The notes: generated by a model from the letters alone, not told the origin. 56,037 bases of DNA from Nitrososphaeria archaeon (GCA_963752255.1 CAVVXT010000017.1:1-56037), one strand, 5' to 3'; counted from the stretch's first letter, positions 28,195 to 39,606 are shown. Numbers and translations: made by a program.

Positions 28195-28503
28195 GTGAAA
28201 CGCATCAACCTCTGCAGTTCACAGTTTAGGTTTACGCCTGTTCTAAAAGCTTTTGCATCAGTTGTCTACGGAAGACAAGTTTATCGGCGCAAGTGAGAAT
28301 AGGATGATCCGAGGAAGGCTTAGCCTTCTCTAAGGAAGCGTCTGCCTATAAGATACACTGGTACGACTGTAAGAATATCTGAGATAAGTAGTTTCAGTTC
28401 GATACCTTGGCACGTAATAAATTCGTTAAAACAATATTATAGAGGTTTTTTTCCTTTTAACGTTATATGTGAGCCTTGTGCATTATGACAAGGGGGAATC
28501 TCA

Positions 28504-29043
28504 ATGGTGCTATTGCAAGGTGTAAAAATACGTCTTCGCCCACTCGAACAGGATGACGTTCGTGACGTCTACCGTATGGTAAATGATCCTAATATTGCAG
28601 GTGAATTTGATGCTTTTCAATTGGCAAGTTGGGGTGAAGTAGAAAAATGGTTTAGGGAAGAGGTTGGACCGAATGAATTTACAGTCTTCATTATTGAAAG
28701 AAATGAGGATAAAGCCAAATTAGGTATAGTGGTGTACTACACGGTTCATCCCGTTTTGCAAAATATAGAAATCGGTTTCCAGTTACACTCTGAGAGCGAA
28801 CGGAATAAAGGATACGGTACTGAGACAGTTAAGCTCATTGTTGAATACCTTTTTTTAACAAGGAATATGCAGAGGATTCAAGCAACGACAGATGTTGGAA
28901 ACTTGGCGTCCCAACGAGTTCTGGAAAAAAATGGTTTTGTGAGGGAGGGGGAGATGAGAAAAGCCTTATTCAGAAATGGCTCATTCCACAATACTTATTT
29001 CTACAGCATATTGCGGGATGAATGGTCGAATATTTCTGCGTAA
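28504..29043 (+). CDS. GNAT acetyltransferase, RimJ/RimL family
   Basis: RNKGYGTE, N.ASQRVLEKNGF..EG. Confidence 0.88.
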   Translation: MVLLQGVKIRLRPLEQDDVRDVYRMVNDPNIAGEFDAFQLASWGEVEKWFREEVGPNEFTVFIIERNEDKAKLGIVVYYTVHPVLQNIEIGFQLHSESERNKGYGTETVKLIVEYLFLTRNMQRIQATTDVGNLASQRVLEKNGFVREGEMRKALFRNGSFHNTYFYSILRDEWSNISA

Positions 29044-29172
29044 ATAGACAAAATAAATTATATGGTGTCTTTGAGTATTTTTATGAACTGAAGACATTAA
29101 ATGAGCTGCACCCTATTCAAGATAAATTTACAGTCTGAAAGCCATATATATTGTCAAATTTTTTATTAAATT

Positions 29173-30129
29173 ATGCACATTATAACACATGGCGATTGCG
29201 ATGGGATATGCGCAGGAGCAATAGCCCTTTACTCAAATAAGGGTGCAAGAGTTGTTTTCAGCAATCCTGTCAAACTGAACACAACTCTCAATAGCATATC
29301 TAAAGACGAAGACTTGATAATCTGCGACATAGCAATCAACAAATCAACTTTTAATGAAATTATCCAAACTCTTAACAGTTTCTCATCTCACATCATATAC
29401 ATCGACCATCATCCTCTGCCGCAAAATATCGAAAGCAAATTTGAACGTAATTTGACCATAATAAAAAGTGATAATCAGTGCGCTTCTGAACTTACATACG
29501 TCTTTTTTGCAAAGACTTTACCAGTAGATATGAGTCGGGTTGCGGTATACGGCGCCATAGGCGATTATCTAGATAACACTGCGGTAATAGAGTCTCTACT
29601 TGAAAATTGGGACAAAAGAACTTTATATTTTCAAACAGGCGTCCTTGTTCAAGCATTAGAAGATATTGGTCGGAATGACGACATAAAGATTAGAATATTA
29701 CAGGAACTTTCAAATAATGTTCCCCCTTCAGGAATAGATTCCTTCCTAGAACACGCTATTATCGCCTTCAGAAGGGAAGAAGAAATGAGGAACTTAATCA
29801 TGAAGAACGTCACAATAGTTGGAAACATCGGTTACGTCTTGCAACCGGATGGTCCCCTCGGAAAAGCAGCGGTCTATGCAAGAGCTTACGCAAAAGCGGT
29901 TGTGGGTGTCGCAGGTGAAATTAGACAAGGTTTAGTGGAAATGAGCTTGAGATCTGCTTCTAACGTAGACCTTGATTACATCCTCAATAAAATTGCGCCA
30001 ACTTTCGGAGGATTAGGTGGTGGGCATGCTATGGCGGCTGGCGCCCAAGTACCATTTGATAAGTTTTATGATTTTGTCCGCGCCTTAGATTCTGAAGTTT
30101 CAAGAGCTACACTTGTTCCAAGATCCTAG
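29173..30129 (+). CDS. DHH/DHHA1 phosphoesterase (RecJ-like)
   Basis: HGDCDG, IDHH, GGGH..AAGA. Confidence 0.85.
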   Translation: MHIITHGDCDGICAGAIALYSNKGARVVFSNPVKLNTTLNSISKDEDLIICDIAINKSTFNEIIQTLNSFSSHIIYIDHHPLPQNIESKFERNLTIIKSDNQCASELTYVFFAKTLPVDMSRVAVYGAIGDYLDNTAVIESLLENWDKRTLYFQTGVLVQALEDIGRNDDIKIRILQELSNNVPPSGIDSFLEHAIIAFRREEEMRNLIMKNVTIVGNIGYVLQPDGPLGKAAVYARAYAKAVVGVAGEIRQGLVEMSLRSASNVDLDYILNKIAPTFGGLGGGHAMAAGAQVPFDKFYDFVRALDSEVSRATLVPRS

Positions 30130-30208
30130 CGATTTAGGTGAAATCATCATAAAGTTGACGGTGATGATTTTAAAAATCTGAAGCAATAAATGGGAAAATG
30201 GAATGTCC

Positions 30209-31621
30209 TTAAATTCCTCCCCCTATCTTTACAACGTCTAATACGATCTTCTTAACATCATTGCCCAAAACTTCAGATATACTTGGCCTCGTTCTACTTT
30301 TGTCTCCGCTGATGAGTTCCTTAACATATGTTCCTGCTTCACATTCTATTAGAAGGTCGACCTTTCGTGCGCTCAGCTTTTTTGCTTCGATGTTCCTAAT
30401 TTTTCTCTCCCTTACTATATCCGCCCTTCGATTGACTACCCTCAGGGGGGTCTTCTGTTTGATTAAAGTCCCTTTAAGGGAAAACACCTTCAATAAATCA
30501 CTTTCGCCAACATCTTTAACAAAAGTTGCTACAGCATGATATGTTTTATCACATCTTTCCTCCTTGAGGGAGGCTATGTCCCCCTTTGAAGCAAGCTTTA
30601 ATTTACTAACTTGAACGCTTTTTGATTTGTTGATATCTCTATAAAGCCTCTCTAGGTCAACTGTTCTCTTCCTTGGATTAAAGATTTCTATGATGAACTG
30701 TCTATAATCTAAACATCTAACATCTACATCTTCGCGACCTGCACCATGAAAGCTACTGTGGGCGCTAGAAAGTTGATCAAGTATTGGTTTCTCGACTATA
30801 TGTTGCACAGAAGTTCTGTACGATCTTCCTGTCCATTTACATTTCTTGCAACCTCTACCGTTGCACGTTTTACAATTCCAAGTTGTCTGAGGTATTCCCC
30901 TCGCAAGCTTCCTGTATCCTCCATAGATATAGACGTTCTTGGATTCGACCAAGATAACATTTTTTTGCAGGTCCGCAAGAAAGAACAGGTCGGGTTCCTT
31001 GTGTTCAACTTGTTTCTGATATGCTGATTCTATTCGCTTACCAATTGTGCGATTTATTTCTTCTTTTATGGATTCTGAATAGTCTGGAGAGATCTGATTT
31101 AGTTGTGCATCTTTTTTAAATAATTCACTGTTTAATCTGGTTCCAACAAGAAAGCTTGTGAATTCATAACTTCTACTTTTTGCCATAGCTTCTAAAGTTA
31201 AAGACGGTATCAGTTCTTTAAAGATATCGAGGCAAAAAGTGCAAGTACTACTGCTTTCAATAATCATTGATTTGAAGTTGCCGTTGTAAAGGTTAGGTTC
31301 GCAACCTGATTCGATTACTAATGCGAGAGCATCTCTAACTATTTTCCCCCTTTGCTCATTTGAGAGACCATGCACCAATTTAGCAAATAGCCTTCCCAAA
31401 CATCTATCGCACATGTGACCATGATTTAGGGCGTCTATCGCAATCTGGAATATGTCATAATCCCTTATACCAAGCAACAGTCCTTTACCTTTCAATCTAT
31501 CTTCGTTTTTTTCTTGTCTATTTGTTGAATTCGCGTCTGTAGACATATTTCTTATCGCGTTTAATAGGTCTCTTATATTTTTTGATTTGGCAATATTATT
31601 ATTTATCTTAAGATCTTCCAA
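30209..31621 (-). CDS. pus10: tRNA pseudouridine(54/55) synthase
   Basis: CDRCLGR, Y.KL.RGIPQT.W, FHGAGREDVD, Q.TP.RV..RRAD..R, GTYVKELISGD..RT.PS. Confidence 0.9.
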   Translation of the reverse strand: MEDLKINNNIAKSKNIRDLLNAIRNMSTDANSTNRQEKNEDRLKGKGLLLGIRDYDIFQIAIDALNHGHMCDRCLGRLFAKLVHGLSNEQRGKIVRDALALVIESGCEPNLYNGNFKSMIIESSSTCTFCLDIFKELIPSLTLEAMAKSRSYEFTSFLVGTRLNSELFKKDAQLNQISPDYSESIKEEINRTIGKRIESAYQKQVEHKEPDLFFLADLQKNVILVESKNVYIYGGYRKLARGIPQTTWNCKTCNGRGCKKCKWTGRSYRTSVQHIVEKPILDQLSSAHSSFHGAGREDVDVRCLDYRQFIIEIFNPRKRTVDLERLYRDINKSKSVQVSKLKLASKGDIASLKEERCDKTYHAVATFVKDVGESDLLKVFSLKGTLIKQKTPLRVVNRRADIVRERKIRNIEAKKLSARKVDLLIECEAGTYVKELISGDKSRTRPSISEVLGNDVKKIVLDVVKIGGGI

Positions 31622-32140
31622 CCAGTAATAAGAGAGCAGTTGGTTAAGGTTTAACCTTATGTTAAAAGATCATTCTGCATAAACCTGGATGGTGTGTCAC
31701 AGTATTTTGTCCGTATTTCTTGGCAAAGCTTTCAGGCCTTATACCTTTAAAAAGAATTTGTTCTCTGCTTCCATCAAGTCTATGTTGAATTATATAGGTC
31801 GTGAAGGCACCTGCCAAGAAAACTGGATAAACCTGCACTCAATATTCAGATCGAATTGTCCCTTGACATTCCATCATCAATAATTCATTTACATTTTATA
31901 GAATAAATAAACCTTCTGTTTTAATTGATCGATGAAAACAATAATCATATTCTTTCCCTCAATAGTTCTTTTGATAATTTTCCTTAGAGTACGACTTTCG
32001 AAAAAACTTGATTCATTTCTTACCCATTTACAAGCCACTCAATTGCACGAGATTATTGCTGTCGCGCAAAATCCCAATCTTGATTAATCATAGCGCGCGC
32101 TATGTTTTAAGCAAATCAAAAAAAGTATGGTAAGAGATGG

Positions 32141-32522
32141 CTATTCAATGCCCCATCTCTTGGTGATCTTCACGATCAGGAAGATCACTAATGCCACGAT
32201 GATGAAGGTTATCACGGCCACTAGAAAGTCCCCTATGCCGAAGTTCTGTTTAGATAACGTGACAACGTAGGTTGCAAGGTTCCCAAGTCCAGGTATTGCA
32301 AGACCTATTAGTGGCATTATCAAATCTTTGACTAGTGCATAGCACTACAGCGCCTAAGTAAAGGCCGATGATGAAAGCAACAGCAAGCCCCATCACCTTA
32401 TATTTCGATATAAAGTCCATGAATTCGTTCCACATGCCCTTGGGAGCAGGTGGGGCAGGTTTCGGTTCAAGTAATTGACGTATCTTTTGAAGTTCCTCTA
32501 AAACTTTATCGTCTGTAGACAT
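32141..32522 (-). CDS. mscL: Large-conductance mechanosensitive channel family protein (frameshifted near 32345)
   Basis: EFMDFISKYKVMGLAVAFIIG in one frame; IMPLIG...GDFLVAVITFIIVA in the next. Confidence 0.8.
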
Positions 32523-32907
32523 TGAAATCGTTTTTGATACTGTCTCCTTATATTTAAACCTTAGATGATCTATTGCAAATAAATTGGAGGCGCTTTAATT
32601 TACATAGCCTATTCTCTGAATTATTTATCTTCAAATAAATTAGGTTTTTTAATATTTGTTCACTTGACAGGCTATTTAGTTCAAGACTAATAATAAGATA
32701 ATCGATTAAAGTAAAAAAAGCCTTGTTCATAAGAATCCATCCATAATCTATTAAGGAGAACTGGATCATACTGGGGCATAACGCTGGGATATGCCTAAAG
32801 TGCTAGTATTTACATCTGAACATTTGAACAGTTGAACAATTTATGTGATCTTTTGAACAGTTTACCTGAATAAGAGAACATTTAAAAGTGGATATCCAAT
32901 AAAAAAA

Positions 32908-34128
32908 TTGATATGTCATTATGAGAAAGAAGGATTTAGGGGTAAGGAGAAGGCAATAAAGATGTGGCTGAACGGAGGGGATTTTCGAACCATCAGAGAT
33001 GAAGTGGGTGAGAGTGTCGGAAAATTGTCAACGGATTTGAGCGAGCTTAGGAAGGAATTTCCAGAACTTGAAGAATTGAGAAAAATTAATATGTTTCTCA
33101 ATGAGCATAACTTAAGCCTGAGCAGGCTTTAAAGGGTGCTTATTTAGTTACAGAGCTCGAAAAAGTCAGTATAGATGTCGATAAGGCATCTGATGTGATA
33201 TCTCAGATATCATTATACGGTAAGGAAGCACCAAAGATATTATCACAAGCTAGAGAGTTTCACATCCTCGTAGAGCAAAGCGGTTTAAGCTACTCAGAAC
33301 TACTGAAAGACTATAAAACGAAGACAGAAAAGATCGAGGATCTAACCGAAAATATTCAGAAACTGAAATCGGAATGTGAACGTCTTAAAAATATATGATA
33401 TATATGATGAAAAAAAGGTGAAGCAGCAAGATGAACAAGAAAATCTAATTAAAAATTTGCGCAGAGGTCTCGAAGATGAAAAGAAGAAGACTCAGAACAC
33501 AATAGACGAACTTAAAGGAAATGTCTTGGCACTTGAAAAGCAAAGGGAGGAAATATTAGGAAAAATCCAATTTGCTCAGGCAATTGTTGATGCGCTAAGC
33601 TCGAGTGATATTTCTGAGGGCCAGGTTGAGTCTCTAACAAAAAGACTTGGTTACGCTCTAGAACAGAGGCAGAAGGGTCAAATGTTCGTCTATAAAGCTG
33701 AAGTAGCAATAGCAAAACAGCAGCTTATTAAAGGCTTAGTGGACTTTGTAAAGATGGATATCGTCAAGAAAGAGGAGTACGAACAGGCGAAAGAACAGAT
33801 AAAAGGGCTAACAGAAGAACATGCTAAGATAAAGACTGAAGCAGACAAGATTCCTAAGTTGAATAATTATATTCTTTTAAGGGATGAGGCAGTCAATGTC
33901 CTAAGCAGAAGCCTTTTTCCTGCGAAACAAGATAAAAGAGGGGACTGGGTAATGGTATGCCCAAGATGTAGGGTAACATCTATTTTCCATCCTGAACCAG
34001 AACATAGTGAAAGCCTACTTGAGAAAGGTTACATGACCTTTGAATGTGCCTCTTGTCACCAAAAGACGGACTTTACTCTCGAAGAACTTTACGATGACAT
34101 CCTAAAACATGCTTTACTTTACACTTAA
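32908..34128 (+). pseudogene. Fragmented coiled-coil protein with N-terminal HTH-like and C-terminal Zn-ribbon segments
   Basis: Three consecutive same-strand ORFs (32908-33132, 33195-33398, 33376-34128) with heptad-rich sequence; CPRC..CASC at the end. Confidence 0.5.
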
Positions 34129-34271
34129 AGCCTAAACACCATTTGCTATGAAAAAAATGTACTTTATATTGAAGGATAATTATTGATTAGGTTGCAATTA
34201 TCAATTTTAAAAGGATAAGGAAAAGAATATTTTCGTAACCTTTAAATTTTCTAGAAAGGGGCTTTCCAAGT

Positions 34272-36098
34272 ATGTGGTACGGATACACAGGTAAGATCGC
34301 GCGAATCAATCTTTCTACAAAAAATTTTAAGGTTGAAGATTTGGACAAAGAGCTGGCAGAAAAATATATCGGTTCTATCGGAATCGCAGGAAAGGTCTTG
34401 TTAGATGAAGTTCCTCCTTGGGCATCTGCCTACGATCCAGTTAATCTATTGATTTTTGCCACAGGGCCAGTTACCGGAACTAATACACAGACTGCTGGAA
34501 GATATTCCGTTGTCACAAAATCACCCTTAACTGGCTGCTTCGGTGACAGCAGTGTTGGAGGATATTTTGGTGTAGAACAGAAGCGTGCAGGTTATGACAT
34601 GCTTATCTTTGTCGGTAGAAGTACGGAACCTGTTCTAGTTTCCGTTGTAGATGGTAATGTCAGGTTTATTGATGCCTCACCTTATTGGGGCATGGATACA
34701 AGGGAATGCAAGAGAGCCATCCGTAAGGACATGGGGGATAGAAGGGTTCAGGTATCATGTATAGGTCCGGCTGGAGAAAATTTGGTCAGATATGCATGCA
34801 TAATGCATGATGATGCTGGACGTGCTGCTGGTCGATGCGGTGTTGGTGCTGTTATGGGTTATAAGAACTTGAAGGCAGTTGCTGTGCGAGGAAGCAGAGA
34901 AATCTCCGTAGCTAATCCAAACGCGTTGAATGAAGTAATGCGTGAAGTCCTTGAAAATTATCGCACATCTCCTAATGTGAAGAGGTTTCATGAAGCGGGT
35001 ACGATGGGTGGTTACGAAGCTAATATGGGTATTGGCGATAGTCCTACGTACAATTTTGCAAATGAACAATTTGGTGAATTCGATGAAGAAAGAACTAAGA
35101 AGCTTGCATATCCAGGAGGATTCGAGAAGATACTGGCTAAGACCAATACATGTTATATGTGCGCAATAGCTTGTCGGCGTGTTTCAAAAAAGGGGGAAGG
35201 AAAATACATACTAGAAGAAGGAGAAGTTGAGGGCGTTGAATATGAGTCTTTGTCGATGCTCGGCTCAAACCTAGGCATCGACGATATATTTGCTGTCAAT
35301 CTAATGAATGACATGTGCAATAAACTAGGTTTAGACACTATTACAACTGGTGGAACAATTGGTTTTGCCATGGAATGCTACGAAAGGGGAATACTTAGCA
35401 AAGAGGATACGGAAGGCATCGAGTTAAAGTTTGGTAATGTGGATGCTGCGATAGCTCTAATACAAAAGATTAGTAAGAGGGAAGGAATTGGTAATTTACT
35501 TGCAGAAGGCTCAAGAAGAGCAGGTCTAATTATAGGAAAAGGAGCTGAAAAATATTCGATCCATGTCAAAGGTATGGAGTTCCCAGCGCATGACCCTAGA
35601 ACCTTTCAGGGAGGTGGTCCACATTACGCTTGCTGCCCAGTTGGTGCAGATCATATGGAAGGCATTTCTCTTTTCGTGGAAGGCTTTGGCCAAAGATTTC
35701 CGGAAATTGGAATAGACGGTGATTATGGCACCCGATATGCGACTGAGAAGAAAGCTTTCATAGCAAAAATGATAGAAGATTGGTATGCTTTCTTAGCATC
35801 AGCAGGCTGGTGTCTTTTGTGTTCTTCTAGATATGGTGCTTTGAACAGGTTTGTTCGTACCTTTAATGCTGTCACTGGTCAAAATCTGACAATTGAAGAC
35901 GGGCGACTCGCTGGGGAAAGAATATACAATCTAAAGAGAGAATTTAATATTAAACATGGTATTACGATAGAAGAAGATACTTTACCAGAAAGGTTGTTGA
36001 AAGAACCAAATAAGAAATCAGACAACGCAGTTGTGAAGTTAAATGAAACTTTACCAGAATACCTAAAGCTGAGAGGATGGAGTTTATCCAATAAATGA
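34272..36098 (+). CDS. aor: Aldehyde:ferredoxin oxidoreductase family (tungstopterin)
   Basis: YGYTGKIARINLS, KSPLTG, IGPAGEN, GR.G.GAVMG.KNLKA, CYMCAIAC, GLDTI, HDPR. Confidence 0.92.
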   Translation: MWYGYTGKIARINLSTKNFKVEDLDKELAEKYIGSIGIAGKVLLDEVPPWASAYDPVNLLIFATGPVTGTNTQTAGRYSVVTKSPLTGCFGDSSVGGYFGVEQKRAGYDMLIFVGRSTEPVLVSVVDGNVRFIDASPYWGMDTRECKRAIRKDMGDRRVQVSCIGPAGENLVRYACIMHDDAGRAAGRCGVGAVMGYKNLKAVAVRGSREISVANPNALNEVMREVLENYRTSPNVKRFHEAGTMGGYEANMGIGDSPTYNFANEQFGEFDEERTKKLAYPGGFEKILAKTNTCYMCAIACRRVSKKGEGKYILEEGEVEGVEYESLSMLGSNLGIDDIFAVNLMNDMCNKLGLDTITTGGTIGFAMECYERGILSKEDTEGIELKFGNVDAAIALIQKISKREGIGNLLAEGSRRAGLIIGKGAEKYSIHVKGMEFPAHDPRTFQGGGPHYACCPVGADHMEGISLFVEGFGQRFPEIGIDGDYGTRYATEKKAFIAKMIEDWYAFLASAGWCLLCSSRYGALNRFVRTFNAVTGQNLTIEDGRLAGERIYNLKREFNIKHGITIEEDTLPERLLKEPNKKSDNAVVKLNETLPEYLKLRGWSLSNK

Positions 36099-36212
36099 TC
36101 TTTCTAGAGTTTATATCTGTAACATTAAAGGGATCTGGTTTTGCCTCGTAACGTTTAGAGTAAGACGTATTGCATAATCAATCATAATTAAGATATATTG
36201 TTATACGGTGGT

Positions 36213-36365
36213 TTATGGTGAATGCGCTAATAATGGGGAAGGAAAGAAAAAAATGATTTTAAAAACGGCAAGTGAAATAGCTACTACCTTAAGTCTTTGC
36301 TTTAACTCTTCAATATGTTGCCAAATAGTAAGCTTCTTATCCTTATTCTCCAATACAGTCCCCAC
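36213..36365 (-). pseudogene. tatC: Truncated TatC N-terminus
   Basis: GTG-started 50-aa ORF ...KLTIWQHIEELKQRLKVVAISL directly downstream of tatA; rest of gene absent. Confidence 0.6.
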
Positions 36366-36402
36366 ATTATCCTCGCCGGTGAGTCTTTATAAACACTGAA
36401 AT

Positions 36403-36687
36403 CTAGGCCAGCTTTTTGGCGACGATTTCATTCGCTACTTGATCCTTAGTTTTTCCTTCGGTATTTATTCCTAGACTGTGAGCAACCTCTAAAAGCTTGT
36501 CGTCGGTATAATTACTCGTTTCCATGACATTCTTGGCCACTTCTTCCACACCGGATTGGGCTTTCTTAAACTCCCTCTGAGCCATGCCAAGTGAGCGTGC
36601 AAGTTGAGGTATTTTATTCGGCCCCCAGATTAGGAAAACAGCTAAAGCACCTACTATTACAGCAATCTCTAAAGGATCCAATGCCAT
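36403..36687 (-). CDS. tatA: Twin-arginine translocase TatA/E
   Basis: Likely start MALDPLE; TM then WGPNKIPQLARSLG.A.REFKK. Confidence 0.85.
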   Translation of the reverse strand: MALDPLEIAVIVGALAVFLIWGPNKIPQLARSLGMAQREFKKAQSGVEEVAKNVMETSNYTDDKLLEVAHSLGINTEGKTKDQVANEIVAKKLA

Positions 36688-36764
36688 ATTTATCGTAAAA
36701 CCATTTAGAGAGGACAGATATAGGTCTATCGTTTGGACTGATATATTTACAATCTCAGTCCATT

Positions 36765-37068
36765 GTGTACAAGGCAGAATCGAGAGGCAAAGTGAATGTG
36801 CCTGTAAATCCGTACAAGAGTTCTCAGCATTGTTCAAGGTATGGTTTTGTTCACAGTTGGAATCGTCATGAGCTTCGTTTTCGCTGTGGCAACTGCGGGT
36901 TTGAGTTAAACGCTGACCTTAATGTGAGTCGTAACATCGAGATGCTTGGCAAGTCTGAGTGTCTCAGGCTCTTCGTCAACGAGCCAATCGTAGCGTCAGG
37001 TGAACCTGTTCCCAGGGGAACAGTGGATGGCAGCTACAAGCTACCCCTTGCAAAGGGTAGTAGTTGAC
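36765..37068 (+). mobile_element. tnpB: IS200/IS605-family TnpB 3' remnant with right-end hairpin
   Basis: VNP..SSQ.CS..G....RFRCGNCG.ELNADLN.SRNI (Zn ribbon plus RuvC-III); hairpin CTACCC...GGGTAG (37041-37060) ending in GTTGAC. Confidence 0.8.
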
Positions 37069-37122
37069 ATGTTCATAAATATCCTTATAACTAGTTGTGG
37101 TGTCGAGGGAGAATAATTCGGC

Positions 37123-37548
37123 ATGGGCTACGAGTATTATGTATATGGCATGTATATGTCAACAATCATCCAAATTCTGATGGATTGGTCTAAGAAGAAT
37201 GATGTAGAAAAGATACTTGAGGTACACTTAGAGGTAGGTGAATTCGCAATGACCAAACCTGTAAATGTGCGCTCTTCTTTCAAGCTACTGTTAAAGGGGA
37301 CAATTGCAGATAGCGCAAGGTTCTTTGTCAAGAAGATTCCAGGCGTAATGGCATGCAAAAAATGTGGTTACATAGGCAAGGCAAAGAAGATATACTATGT
37401 TAGAATGGGCATATACATACCGTCGACCAAATGCCCAAAATGTAATGAGGTAGCCTTGGAAGTAGTTCGGGGTAAGGAGTACGTATTAAAGGAAATCAAG
37501 TTTAAAAGAAAAGGGTCTGAACTACCTGAACAGGTTTTTTACGGTTGA
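37123..37548 (+). CDS. hypA: HypA/HybF-family nickel metallochaperone (divergent)
   Basis: V.LEVGE, CKKCG...CPKC, V.RGKE..LKEI; canonical N-terminal MHE reads MGYE. Confidence 0.75.
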   Translation: MGYEYYVYGMYMSTIIQILMDWSKKNDVEKILEVHLEVGEFAMTKPVNVRSSFKLLLKGTIADSARFFVKKIPGVMACKKCGYIGKAKKIYYVRMGIYIPSTKCPKCNEVALEVVRGKEYVLKEIKFKRKGSELPEQVFYG

Positions 37549-37844
37549 ACTAAACTCTCTTATTGGCCTAGGATTTATGCCTTCGATAACTGCTATCGCT
37601 ATAAGGAAAATTATTGGATAAAGCATCTTCCGGTTCGGATCATATGTAATAGAAAACCATTCGGGCAATCCTTTATAAATGAATCATGGTAGCAAACCCC
37701 CAATTCCTGTTATGATTGTGATAAAAAAAACTGGTATAAAAACTGGTATCCGATATGTCAAAGTAAATGAACTATTTTGAGCAAAAGCTGGAAAAAAATT
37801 TATAAAACTCCAATAAAGAGGTTATTACTGTTAGATGATTCATT

Positions 37845-39482
37845 ATGTCAGATCGAGGTTTGGTACCAGGTGGGGAATATTATAAGACAAAAGGCAGGGA
37901 TGCTCAGAGAAATAATATCGCCGCAGCAAAAATAATTGCTAAAATTGTTAGGGCATCTATGGGCCCCAGGGGAATGGACAAGATGCTCGTTGATGGCACA
38001 GGAGATATCACGATTACAAATGATGGTGCCACGATTCTAAAGAAAATTGAAGTCAAAAATCCTGCGGCAAAGGCCATGATCGAAATCTCGAAAGCTATTG
38101 ACAACGAAGTAGGTGATGGAACAACTTCAGCAGTAGTCTTAGCGGGTGCTTTGCTTGAAAAGGCTGAAGAATTATTGGACAAAAAGGTTAACCCTATGAT
38201 AATCGCGGATGGCTACAGAGGAGCTGCTATTAAGGCAAAGGAGATTCTTAATGATCTCGCAACAAAAGTAGATCCAAAAGATAAGAAATGGCTAACTAGA
38301 GTTGCAAAAACTAGTATGGCCACAAAACTCGTTGGTGAAAGCGACTTCTTGGCCAGGATTGCTGTGGACGCAATACTATCTGTTGCCGAAGAATTAAATG
38401 GAAAATTTAAAGTTGAAATGGATAATATAAGAGTGGAAAAGAAAGCTGGTGGTTCAATAAGGGATTCGAAGCTGGTACAAGGTTTGATCGTAGAGAAGAG
38501 CATTGCTCACAGCGGTATGCCTAGGCGTATTAAGGATGCAAAGATAGCATTACTTATGAGTCCACTAGAAATCGAAAAGACGAAATTTGACGCAAAAATC
38601 AATATAAGTAACCCAGGACAGATGAAAATGTTTCTCGAAAAAGAAAACAGTATCTTTAAGGGAATGGTCAACAAAATAGTGGAAGTTGGGTCAAATGTCC
38701 TTGTCTGCAATAAAGGTATCGACGACATCGCACAAAACTATTTAGCGAAAGCGGGTATACTTGCCATAGCGCATAGGGATCTCGAAGCTGGCATGGGCTG
38801 GCTCTCCAAAGCAACGGGAGGCAGGCTCGTTACCAGTCTGGAAGAATTGTCTCCAGCTGATCTTGGATATAGTCAGCTTGTTGAAGAACGAAAGGTTGAA
38901 GAAAGCAAGTTTGTATTCTTTGAAGGCTGCAAGAATCCAAAAGCAGTCTCGATACTTATTAGAGGCGGGACACAGAGAGTAGTCGAAGAAGATGAGAGGT
39001 CCATCCATGATGCGCTCAGTGTCGTGAAAGACGTATTATTAAAGCCACAAATAGTCTTGGGTGCTGGTTCTCCAGAAGCCGAGGTTGCTTCCAAACTCCT
39101 AGAATGGTCCAAGACACTGTCCGGAAGAAAACAGCTTGCAGTGCAGAAGTATGCTGAAGCTGTAGAATCAATACCTCTGGCCATTGCTGAGAACGCAGGT
39201 ATGAATCCTATCGATACACTTGTAGAACTTAGAGCTAAACACAGCAAAGGGGAAAAGACTGCTGGTGTAAACGCTAGAGAAGGTAAGATCGAAGATGCTG
39301 CTAAGTTTGGGGTTTATGAACCACTCTCAGTTAAAGAGGAAATTTTTTCAGAAGCTACAGAAGTAGCAATCATTGTCCTTAGAGTAGATGATATCTTCTC
39401 CAAAGGCACCTTCAAGCCAAGGGAAACTCAAGGACCAGAATGGCATCGACCAGGACCGGAATGGCATGGCACTGGGGTGTAG
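37845..39482 (+). CDS. ths: Thermosome (group II chaperonin) subunit
   Basis: GPRGMDKMLVD, ITNDGATIL, EVGDGTTS, ERSIHDAL, LAIAENAG. Confidence 0.93.
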   Translation: MSDRGLVPGGEYYKTKGRDAQRNNIAAAKIIAKIVRASMGPRGMDKMLVDGTGDITITNDGATILKKIEVKNPAAKAMIEISKAIDNEVGDGTTSAVVLAGALLEKAEELLDKKVNPMIIADGYRGAAIKAKEILNDLATKVDPKDKKWLTRVAKTSMATKLVGESDFLARIAVDAILSVAEELNGKFKVEMDNIRVEKKAGGSIRDSKLVQGLIVEKSIAHSGMPRRIKDAKIALLMSPLEIEKTKFDAKINISNPGQMKMFLEKENSIFKGMVNKIVEVGSNVLVCNKGIDDIAQNYLAKAGILAIAHRDLEAGMGWLSKATGGRLVTSLEELSPADLGYSQLVEERKVEESKFVFFEGCKNPKAVSILIRGGTQRVVEEDERSIHDALSVVKDVLLKPQIVLGAGSPEAEVASKLLEWSKTLSGRKQLAVQKYAEAVESIPLAIAENAGMNPIDTLVELRAKHSKGEKTAGVNAREGKIEDAAKFGVYEPLSVKEEIFSEATEVAIIVLRVDDIFSKGTFKPRETQGPEWHRPGPEWHGTGV

Positions 39483-39606
39483 GATAAAAGCCCTTCTTAT
39501 TTTTTGTTGTTTTTGTCGGTGTTTCAAGTATTTAAGAAAATTTTATATAATTAAATTCGAACAAAACATTTAAAAACTAATCAAATTTAGAATTGGAGAA
39601 GGATAT

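Noticed and set aside
28262-28382. Two small hairpins and loose C/D-box-like words upstream of the metal transporter gene
   Set aside because: Box C is imperfect and the spacing is atypical; too little evidence for an sRNA or riboswitch.
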